DNA from: Octopus bimaculoides | Taxonomy: Eukaryota | Length of the DNA: 42,488 nucleotides | Reading direction: 5' to 3' | Assembly (NCBI RefSeq): GCF_001194135.2 | Contig: NC_068983.1 | Coordinates: 59,013,916-59,056,403 of the forward strand | In this document: piece by piece, positions 33,611-42,488 of the stretch | Layout of the letters: each line of letters starts with the position of its first letter | How positions within the stretch are numbered: position 1 is the first letter of the stretch | Translations under genes and position numbers: made by a program | The notes under the pieces: model-generated | Databases searched by the model: none | The model's input: only the letters and a program-made list of their open reading frames with translations | What the model was told of the DNA's origin: nothing

Positions 33611-34424
33611 ATCTTGTTCAGTATTTAACCTAAATTTTCTCCTTTGGTAATAAAGTATTAAATGAAAATTCATAAATATCTGCTAAAACAGATGTGTTGT
33701 GGTGTCTTGTTTAGTATATTGAATAATTAATAAGACAAAGAAACATCTTCAACAATGTTTGTTAATAATACTAAACAGTTTTGAATAGATATAATGTACA
33801 ATTTGTTAAATGCATGTTATGTGTGAAAAGAGAAATCATGAAATATCCAAAAGACGAAAGCTGAAATGTGTCATAAAAGAATATAGTTGATAGCTACAAC
33901 AGGTATAATCTCTTGGACAGATGGTTGAAAGATGGAAATCATCTTGTTAAACATGAATTTTAATGACACATGGCCTACAGTTGTGGTAAGAAAAGTCCTT
34001 TAAAAGGGATGAGCTCTGAGCTTTTTATAAATCCACTATGACATTCTAGAACATTCTATAAGGCCTTTGTGAATGAAAACTCTTTAGCATTTAAATTAGT
34101 TATATCTGGCACAGATATTCTATCAATTTTATGTCAAACTAAAAATAAACAATCACATTATAAAAATCTTGAAGTTGATTAATTTAAGGCAATGCTTAAA
34201 TGTTAAATTTATCCTTTTTGATTATCGCTGCTTATCACAAACTGATGTTACAGATGATTGGCTGGAAATTATCAAATAAAGTACCATTGTTCACCAGTGA
34301 CAATATTATCAAATATGGAAATACAAAGTATGGTAAAAAAGCATCCAACATTTTACAGATTGAAAAACATTTCAACAATAAACTTATGATGTATACCAGT
34401 TCAAACCATGGTGGTAAAAAAAAA

Positions 34425-35007
34425 TCGAAATCGAACCAAATCCAACGACTGGCCCCCATGCCAACCTTTACTTCATTGGACACTAAACTCTGCTTAAGAA
34501 GACCTCTTGGGGCAAGTGAAATCGAAATCAAAATTGAACCATATTCGATGACTGGCACCTGCGCCAGTGGAGCACTAACAGCACTGTCTGAGCGTGTTCA
34601 TTGCCAGAGCAGCTGTCTGGCTTCCATGCTAGTGGCCTGTAAATAGCACCATTTGAGCGTAATCATTACCAGCGTCGCTTTCTAGCACTTGTGCAGGTGG
34701 CACGTTAGAAAATCATTCGAGCCACGTTGTTGCCAATGTCACTGGACTGGCTCCTGTGCAGGTGGCACATAAAAAACACTTTTTTGAGCGAGGCCATTGT
34801 TAGTACCATGTGACTGGCCCTCGTGCCAGTGGCATGTAAAAGCACCCACTACACTCTCGGAGTGGTTGGCATTAGGAAGGGCATCCAGCTGTAGAAATTC
34901 TGCCATTTCAGATTGGAGCCTGGTGCAGCCATCTGGCTTGCCAGTCCTCAGTCAAATCGTCCAACCCATGCTAGCATGGAAAGCGGACGTTAAACGATGA
35001 TGATGAT
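34425..35007 (+). mobile_element. Long RTE-type 3' region with subrepeats and a (GAT)n tail
   Basis: Repeated aaatcgaaatc and g(g/t)tggca(c/t)..aaa..cac units, then gagtggttggcattaggaagggcatccagctgtagaaa...ccaacccatgctagcatggaaagcggacgttaaacgatgatgatg. Confidence 0.82.
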
Positions 35008-35099
35008 TATCTTCCTGAAGACATTTGAACTCAGGCCACAAAGTTCCATTACATACACTGCTGTGGCATACTTATATTCTCTAACAGCTTTGTCAAACC

Positions 35100-35516
35100 T
35101 CTTTTAATGCATACACAAACACATGCATGCATATATGTGCACACAAATACATACACAATCACAATATTTTTCACATACATTTCAATTCCAGGAAAAAAAG
35201 AACTGAACAAACTATGGAAAAACATAATTAGGAAAAGCAAACAGAAAAAGCCAGAATCAGTATTCAAGATGTGTTGCTTAGAACATGGGCAGAACGATTA
35301 ATTCTAATTTCTGTTTCATGAACTTGGAAAGGTAAGTCATCTTTCACCATTTGGGGCATCTAAAAATATTGCCTTCAGATCATTTGTTACTAATAAAATA
35401 TATGTGGGTACACTTGTGTATGTGTGTATGCAGATATGTGTGTATGTATGCAAGGAGATGAATGTGTATGAATGTATATAAGAAAGTATATGTATACATA
35501 TGTGCATGTATATATG

Positions 35517-35578
<62 letters not shown>

Positions 35579-35634
35579 CATACACACACACATGTATGTG
35601 CTTATATTCATGTATATAGGTATGTATGCATAAG

Positions 35635-35673
<39 letters not shown>

Positions 35674-35880
35674 NNNNNNNNNNNNNNNNNNNNNNNNNNN
35701 NNNNNNNNNNNNNNNNNNNNNNNNNNNNNNNNNNNNNNNNNNNNNNNNNNNNNNNNNNNNNNNNNNNNNNNNNNNNNNNNNNNNNNNNNNNNNNNNNNNN
35801 NNNNNNNNNNNNNNNNNNNNNNNNNNNNNNNNNNNNNNNNNNNNNNNNNNNNNNNNNNNNNNNNNNNNNNNNNNNNNNNN

Positions 35881-35928
<48 letters not shown>

Positions 35929-35930
35929 TT
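35100..35930. repeat. (CA)/(TG)/(TA) microsatellite field with an assembly gap at 35674-35880
   Basis: Dinucleotide runs surrounding an N run. Confidence 0.95.
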
Positions 35931-36395
35931 TGTGTGTCTTCCAAGAAGATATATGAAAGGCATGTAAAGTACAACAAAAATAGAAAAGCTAACTTCTTTA
36001 ATAAAAAAAAGGAAATGGAAATAACTTGAACAGTGAAATTTAAAAAGAGAATATGAATAATGAATTTTTATTTCAAATGTAAAAACATTTACACAAAAAT
36101 TAGAAAGGAATGTTTATGCATCACAATAGGTACATAGTCTTGTATTTTTCATGTAAAGTAGAATACAGCATTACTGTGTAGTTAACAAGTTTGCTGTACC
36201 AGCATGTTGTTCTGAGTTCAGATACATATTTTGCCAAGCTCTTAAGTATATTGGTTTCTTTTTAACATGATATGTCTCTAAAAGGATTGTCTCTCCATAT
36301 GAAAAACTGCAGCTTTTGGCTTTTCAGCAACACAAATAATAAAATTATATAAAGATTTTATTATAGAGATGCTTCTACAGAATAATTTATATATA

Positions 36396-37124
36396 TGTGG
36401 TCTGATCAATAAATATCCGGACTGTTACCATAGTAGCAGTGCTAAAGCACACAGAGTAAAGCTACTTGACACAGATTGACCTTAAACACTGCTACACACC
36501 TTTGAAGTGCTTGGAAGGAAAGTGTGTAGCGTGTGGTCATCGCATTGACAATGACAGAGGAAGTTGAGCAGAGAATCTGCATCACATTTTGCCAGAAGCT
36601 TGGTGATACCTGCTCAGAGGTCTACGCATAGTTTTCAAAAAGGTTTGATCGTTCTCAATACAATCAAGATCTTGTGCAACTGAAACCTGAGTGTCTTTTT
36701 GGTCAACTGAAAGCAGTTTTGGTACAAACTTGACAGACACGTGTCTCATACCCAAATCATTAGTGATAATGGACTGAACTGAACCGTAACTAATCTGCAC
36801 ATCATCTGATAACTCACGTATAGCGATTTGACAATCACTAGTGTGCAGCTCATAGACTCCTCTCCATACACTTTCTTAAAACTTTGCGTAGGCCTCTGAG
36901 CAGGTATTACCATGACAACTTTCTCTGTCATGGTCAATGCAATGATCACACGCAACACACCTTCCTTCCAAGCACTGCTGTAAACAGTGGAAGTGAGCTA
37001 GAACATTAAAACTTAGTACACATGAATAACAGAGTTCAAATCAATCTTTACCAAACGGCTTTATTTTGCGTGCTTTAGCTTCGTTATTATGGCAACAGTC
37101 TGGATATTTATTGATCAAACTTCG
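36396..37124. mobile_element. Fold-back mariner derivative built from two inverted 5' ends
   Basis: TA TSDs at 36394-36395 and 37125-37126; inverted ends tgatcaataaatatccrgactgttrccatartarc. The plus arm encodes MTEEVEQRICITFCQKLGDTCSEVYA. The minus arm encodes MTEKV..GNTCSEAYAKFKKVYGEESMS and QISYGSVQSIITNDLGMRHVSVKFVPKLLSVDQKDTQVSVAQDLDCIENDQTFLKT (mariner N-terminal HTH region). Confidence 0.88.
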
Positions 37125-37132
37125 TACACATG

Positions 37133-37503
37133 TAGGTGCGGGTGTGGTTGTGTGGTAAGTTTGCCTCTCAGCACCATTATTCAGGGTTCAGTCCCACCAT
37201 GTGGTACCTTGAGCCATGGGACAACCAAAGCCTTGTGAGTGGATTTGGTGGACGAAACTGAAAGAAACCCGTCCTGTATATATGTGTCTATAAGTGTGTG
37301 TGTTTGTCCCCCAGTCCCCCACAACCATTTGACAACCAGTTTTGTGTGTTTTTGTCCCCATAACTTAGCTGCTCAGCAAAAGAGACCAGTATAATAAGGA
37401 CCAGACTCTAAAAAATAAGGGTTGATACTTTCAACTAAAACTTTTTCAAGGCAGTGCCACAGCATGGCCAGTTTAGTGACTGAAACAAGTGAAAGATAAA
37501 AGA
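37133..37503 (+). mobile_element. SINE-A
   Basis: Head ggtgtggttgtgtggtaag through tail gactgaaacaagtgaaagataaaag. Confidence 0.85.
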
Positions 37504-37708
37504 TATCAGATAACAAACTGACTGAGCGCCTTATGTTACTTAATATGTCATGGACATGGTAAAAGACACAACCACCCCTTTGGGACGTTGAGAAACAAAT
37601 TGGAAAAAGAACAAATATGGTTTCTTTCTTACAGACAGAACTTAACTTCCCTCCACAACCATTAGTCAGTTCAGACATTTTCTCATCTATTTGTGATAAC
37701 AGGCCTCA

Positions 37709-38092
37709 TTTACTTGTTTCAGTCATTTTGACTGTGGCCATGCTGGAGCACTGCCTTTAGTTGAGCAAATCAACCCCAGGACTTATTCTTTGTAAGGCTA
37801 GTACTTATTCTATCAGTCTCTTTTGTCGAACCGCTAAGTTACGGGGACGTAAACACACCAACATCAGTTGTCAAGCAATGTTGGGGGGACAAACACATAC
37901 ACACATATATATATACATATGCATATATACAATGGGCTTCTTTCAGTTTCCGTCTACCAAATCCACTCACAAGGCTTTGGTCGGCCCGAGGCTATAATAA
38001 AAGACACTTGCCCAAGTTGCCATGTAGTGGGACTGAACCCGGAATCATGTGGTTCGTAAGCAAGCTACTTACCACACAGCCACTCCTACGCC
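37709..38092 (-). mobile_element. SINE-A, full length
   Basis: Tail tttacttgtttcagtca through head accacacagccactcctacgcc. Confidence 0.92.
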
Positions 38093-38217
38093 TAAATATA
38101 TTTCTTTTGCAATCCAAAGAAATTCGGTTGCTTTTACTTTGGAAGCTAAGGCTTTTTGTCCTTTTTGTTGTTGCTGTTGGTTTCCATAGGTATTTTCTTT
38201 GTTTTTCACTTAATATT

Positions 38218-38596
38218 CCTTTCGAGCAATGGGCCTCACAGAGGCAAAGTAGCTGAGTTCCTTTCAAGTGTTGGGCCTCACAGAGTCAATGACCAAGACC
38301 TTTGGCATTATGTCGTGCTTGATAAGACCCGTCAAGCCAAGCAGAATCACAGTCATGGCAGATGCTGATGTCACACAAACTGACACTCGTGCTGGTGGCA
38401 TGTAAATGCACCCCAGTGCAGTGGCACATAAAAGCACCCATTACACTCTTAGAGTGGTTGGTGTTAGGAAGGGTATCCAGCCGTAGAAAACCATACCAAA
38501 TAAGCCTGGAGTCTAGTGCAGCCTTCCAGCTTCCCAGCCCTGGTCAAACTGTCCAACCCATGCCAGCATGGACAACAGACGTTAAATGATGAAGAT
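38218..38596 (+). mobile_element. RTE ORF2 end and 3' UTR
   Basis: gggcctcacagag occurs twice (38231, 38273), then gaccaagacctttggcattatgtcgtgcttgataagacccgtcaagccaag (DQDLWHYVVLDKTRQAK), then the shared 3' block and tail. Confidence 0.82.
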
Positions 38597-38706
38597 GATT
38601 CGTAGATCTTCTGGCCATCCAGTTTGTTTTACGGACAAATATAGCAGCTAGGCTTTCTAATGCTGTTTTGGGGTGCCTTTGACTTAGTATAGTAAACTGG
38701 ATATCA

Positions 38707-38803
38707 AAATGATGATGGTGATGATGATGAAGAATTGGTGATGACAACAGTGATGATGGGATGATAACGACAATAATGATGATGACAATGATGATGATGA
38801 TAA
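38707..38803. repeat. Degenerate (GAT)n repeat
   Basis: GAT/GAC/GGT triplet mosaic. Confidence 0.85.
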
Positions 38804-39164
38804 CAGCTGTAAATCACAATTTTAAAACTCAAATTAAACAGTAAAGTGAAATAAGCATAAGGTAAGAATATGAATATATAAATGATATTTATAGCGATGT
38901 GAGTGAGTGAGTGTGTGATTTGTCATTGATATGCTTGAGCAGTTCTTTGTGTGTGTATGTGTGTGAGAGAGAGAGAGAGAGAAGAGAGAGACACTACGTG
39001 TCAAATTCAATTGTTGCTCAGTTTCCAATTCATGTTTGTTTGTTTTGTTTGTTATTATTAGGAATAAAGTAAACATGTTTAAACATGCATCAGTTCATGC
39101 TGATGCACACCTCACACCTATAAGTGCATGTGTGTATATGTATATAAGTATGTATGTGTGTATG

Positions 39165-39202
<38 letters not shown>

Positions 39203-39336
39203 CATCAGCATGGCCGCAGCTCTGAGCTGAAACTTTGAAATGAAATGAAATATATATATATACATATATATATACACACACACACATACATACACACACA
39301 CACGAATATGTATATTTGTAAGTGTGTGTGTCTGAA

Positions 39337-39575
39337 CGAGGTTGCACTGAAAGGTTCCTGGCTTTGAGCAAAAGAAAATACAGGTGAATCAGTTAATTAT
39401 GATTCTATTCAAAGTGTTCCCCTCTCAGATTCATGCACATGTTACAGTGGTCCTTCGGTTTTTCTAAGCCCAAAAAAGAACTCAGAAAGCTGGGCCTTCA
39501 ACTAGGCCTTTCAGGATACCCTGAAAGGCAGGAACTTTTTAGTGTCCCTTCGTAGTTTCCCTTGTCTCTGCCATA
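39337..39575 (-). mobile_element. Mariner 3' end fragment with TIR
   Basis: Minus strand ...GLEKPKDHCNMCMNLRG, frameshift, EHFE* (mariner C-terminal pattern G...L..RW.KC....GEYFE); TIR-like cgaggttgcactgaaaggttcctggcttt at 39338-39366. Confidence 0.7.
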
Positions 39576-39587
39576 TTGCCTCATATA

Positions 39588-39640
<53 letters not shown>

Positions 39641-39655
39641 ATATATATATATATA

Positions 39656-40388
39656 TGTTAGGGACGACCGTGCGAACTCAAAAGGGAGATATGGTGACGA
39701 ATGGAAAAACAGAGGACTCCTTTTATTTAAACGGGTCACACGGTCGGACATACAAATATATATATCAATGGATGATATACATAATGTTATACGACGATAA
39801 CATAGATGACCAGTAATGAAAGACCACAACCGTATAAGATGAATAACAGAGATATTTATTGTAGTGTTAAAGATGTATGTCTGTGTGAGAGTGTGAATGC
39901 GACATATAAGAACATAATCAAAGACAGGCCGTCGTACAAAGAAAAGTATGTATGTGTATGTGTATTATTACAGCAGATAGAAAGAGAATCAATAACACGT
40001 GGACAATTATACCTGTTCGTTAGTACACTATAGGAAAAGTTCTGTATGTGAAAGTGAGTTGGCTGAGTGTGGCAGTGCTGATCACTAGTTGTGATGTCGT
40101 GGCATCGATGCCGGGCCGTGATTCTTGTTATACAGATGTTCGTCGTTTGGCAGAGCTTACCACTAGTTGTGTTTTGGCTTCGATGCCAGGGCCTTGAGGA
40201 CAGACGTTTATCGCAGGCTGAAATCTCTTGTCTGTTTATTATAGTTGTGAAGCTAAGTCACCTAACAGAATCGAAGAGAGAGATGTGCCGCGGTAGTTTG
40301 GTGTGGTGTACATAGTAAATCGTGTTGACGATGGTTAGTAGTAATCGTAGATTCGTGTTGGTCATGATGATGATGCTGGATAGTAGTA
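39656..40388 (-). mobile_element. CpG-rich LTR-like segment running into a gap
   Basis: About 30 CpGs by hand count in ~730 bp. The minus strand has AATAAA followed 66-70 nt later by ...AACA, twice. Internal 45 bp direct repeat at 40071-40117 / 40149-40193. The other end is hidden by the gap. Confidence 0.45.
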
Positions 40389-41213
40389 NNNNNNNNNNNN
40401 NNNNNNNNNNNNNNNNNNNNNNNNNNNNNNNNNNNNNNNNNNNNNNNNNNNNNNNNNNNNNNNNNNNNNNNNNNNNNNNNNNNNNNNNNNNNNNNNNNNN
40501 NNNNNNNNNNNNNNNNNNNNNNNNNNNNNNNNNNNNNNNNNNNNNNNNNNNNNNNNNNNNNNNNNNNNNNNNNNNNNNNNNNNNNNNNNNNNNNNNNNNN
40601 NNNNNNNNNNNNNNNNNNNNNNNNNNNNNNNNNNNNNNNNNNNNNNNNNNNNNNNNNNNNNNNNNNNNNNNNNNNNNNNNNNNNNNNNNNNNNNNNNNNN
40701 NNNNNNNNNNNNNNNNNNNNNNNNNNNNNNNNNNNNNNNNNNNNNNNNNNNNNNNNNNNNNNNNNNNNNNNNNNNNNNNNNNNNNNNNNNNNNNNNNNNN
40801 NNNNNNNNNNNNNNNNNNNNNNNNNNNNNNNNNNNNNNNNNNNNNNNNNNNNNNNNNNNNNNNNNNNNNNNNNNNNNNNNNNNNNNNNNNNNNNNNNNNN
40901 NNNNNNNNNNNNNNNNNNNNNNNNNNNNNNNNNNNNNNNNNNNNNNNNNNNNNNNNNNNNNNNNNNNNNNNNNNNNNNNNNNNNNNNNNNNNNNNNNNNN
41001 NNNNNNNNNNNNNNNNNNNNNNNNNNNNNNNNNNNNNNNNNNNNNNNNNNNNNNNNNNNNNNNNNNNNNNNNNNNNNNNNNNNNNNNNNNNNNNNNNNNN
41101 NNNNNNNNNNNNNNNNNNNNNNNNNNNNNNNNNNNNNNNNNNNNNNNNNNNNNNNNNNNNNNNNNNNNNNNNNNNNNNNNNNNNNNNNNNNNNNNNNNNN
41201 NNNNNNNNNNNNN
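40389..41213. other. Assembly gap
   Basis: N run. Confidence 0.99.
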
Positions 41214-41612
41214 AGACACAGGAGTGGCTGTGTGGTAAGTAGCTTGCTTACCAACAACATAGTCCCAGGTTCAGTCCCACTGTGTGAAAACTTGGGCAAG
41301 TGTCTTCTACTATAGCTTTGGGCCAACCAAAGCCTTGTGAGTGGATTTGGTAGACAGAAAATGAAAAGCAGACCTTTGTAAATATATATGTGTGTGTGTG
41401 TGTATTTGTGTGTCTGTGTTTGTCCCCCCCCCCACCATCACTTGACAACCAATGCTGGTGTCCCTGTAACTTAGTGGTTTGGCAAAAGTGACTGATAAAA
41501 TAAGTACTAGGCTTACAAAATATAAGTCCGGGGGTCAATTTGTTCGACTAAAGGTGGTGCTCCAACATGTTTGTAGTCAAATGACTGAAACATGTAAAAG
41601 AGTAAAAGAATA
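41214..41612 (+). mobile_element. SINE-A
   Basis: ggagtggctgtgtggtaagtagcttgc through gactgaaacatgtaaaagagtaaaagaa. Confidence 0.9.
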
Positions 41613-41659
41613 GAATGTACGTACGTGCGTGTGTGTGTGTACAGAAACATACACACCCA

Positions 41660-41752
41660 TCAATGGGACATAGTGCGGCCCTGTGGCTCATGGGATTCTG
41701 TCAAACCATGTAACCCTTTCCAGCATGGAAAATGGACGTTAAATTATGATAA
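41660..41752 (+). mobile_element. Short RTE-type 3' end
   Basis: ctgtcaaaccatgtaaccctttccagcatggaaaatggacgttaaattatgat. Confidence 0.65.
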
Positions 41753-41921
41753 TAGAAACAAAATGTTCCCAAAAACTCTAAACTGTAGCTCATTTTTCAT
41801 TTCCTTTTTAGATTTGACCCATCAGAAATAACGAAGGGTGCCAAATAAAATTTTGAACAAAGGAAACAGTTTAGTTTTACTGAAAGTTTGAAAAGGCAGT
41901 TGAAGTGCAATGACGGTTTAA

Positions 41922-42141
41922 CCCTTCAGCATACAGATTATTCTGCCAAATGTAATGCTTATTCACTTACATTGTCTAGAATTAATCATACATTATCTCA
42001 TAGCTTTGAAATTTTAATGATGTGATTGTATATTTTTAGTATGTCGTTGTTGAGTAGATATGAGAGGTCAAATCTGGTCAGTTTGAACATAAAACAGTTA
42101 GAACATTCGAGCCTGATATGGCTGGTTTAAATGCTAAAGGG
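41922..42141. mobile_element. piggyBac-type MITE, 220 bp
   Basis: TTAA|cccttcagcat ... atgctaaaggg|TTAA (TTAA at 41918-41921 and 42142-42145). CCC/GGG termini with a TTAA TSD are the piggyBac hallmark. Confidence 0.85.
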
Positions 42142-42488
42142 TTAAGAGGTTGTTTCAATCAGATCCACCAATGGGACTTACTGTCATTCAATTTAGAGAT
42201 ACATTTGAAGCAGATGAAATTGTTCAAATGTCACAAGAGATGTTCCAGAAGACAGTGAACATAGACATATTCTGCAAATCAAGAAAGGGGTCGTAGAAAC
42301 ATATTGCCTAGCAAGTTAGGAAATAAGAATTTTAAAATCAAGAACTCATTGCATTTTGAAGCACTCTCATTGAAATTTTTTGAAAATGAAATGTATTTTG
42401 ATAATCACAGTTTTTGTAAACATTCAGTGTGTGTAAACAATTTTTGGGACACCATGTGTGTGTACATGTGAAATGTATGTATATAAAT

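Noticed and set aside
34200-34646. 148 aa ORF and an antisense 107 aa ORF
   Set aside because: The 3' half is RTE 3'-region repeat and the 5' half is low-complexity AT-rich sequence.
40262-41326. Long ORFs spanning N runs (also 4857-5348 and 35337-35977)
   Set aside because: Artefacts of translating assembly gaps.
42290-42455. Possible Tc1/mariner right end (tttttgggacaccatgtg); similar tacagggtg starts at ~6983 and ~32110
   Set aside because: No partner TIR or convincing transposase motif within the window.

Overview
This is AT-rich, repeat-saturated eukaryotic non-coding DNA (intronic or intergenic) with five assembly gaps. The repeat families resemble those I recall from octopus (coleoid cephalopod) genomes; that species assignment is an inference. 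No host protein-coding exon, RNA gene or CRISPR array can be supported. The supplied ORFs are antisense to transposon remnants, read through microsatellites or gaps, or appear to be chance. Identifiable content: (i) three groups of tRNA-derived SINEs, labelled here SINE-A (bipartite, with an internal (TA)n(TG)n), SINE-B (MetaSINE-like core) and SINE-C; (ii) RTE-clade LINE pieces, including a stop-free RT fragment at 1-360 and many (GAT)n-tailed 3' ends; (iii) a BovB-like RTE C-terminus, an R4/Dong-like 3' end sitting in a TAA repeat, and Penelope-like remnants, one with a minimal hammerhead ribozyme motif; (iv) Tc1/mariner derivatives, piggyBac-type MITEs and a CpG-rich LTR-like segment. The most unusual structures are a fold-back mariner made of two 5' ends, fold-back hairpins, closely spaced inverted SINE clusters (candidate dsRNA/ADAR substrates), tandem re-duplication of the RTE ORF2 end, and RFX X-box-like motifs. 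All alignments, translations and counts were done by eye, and repeat boundaries are approximate.
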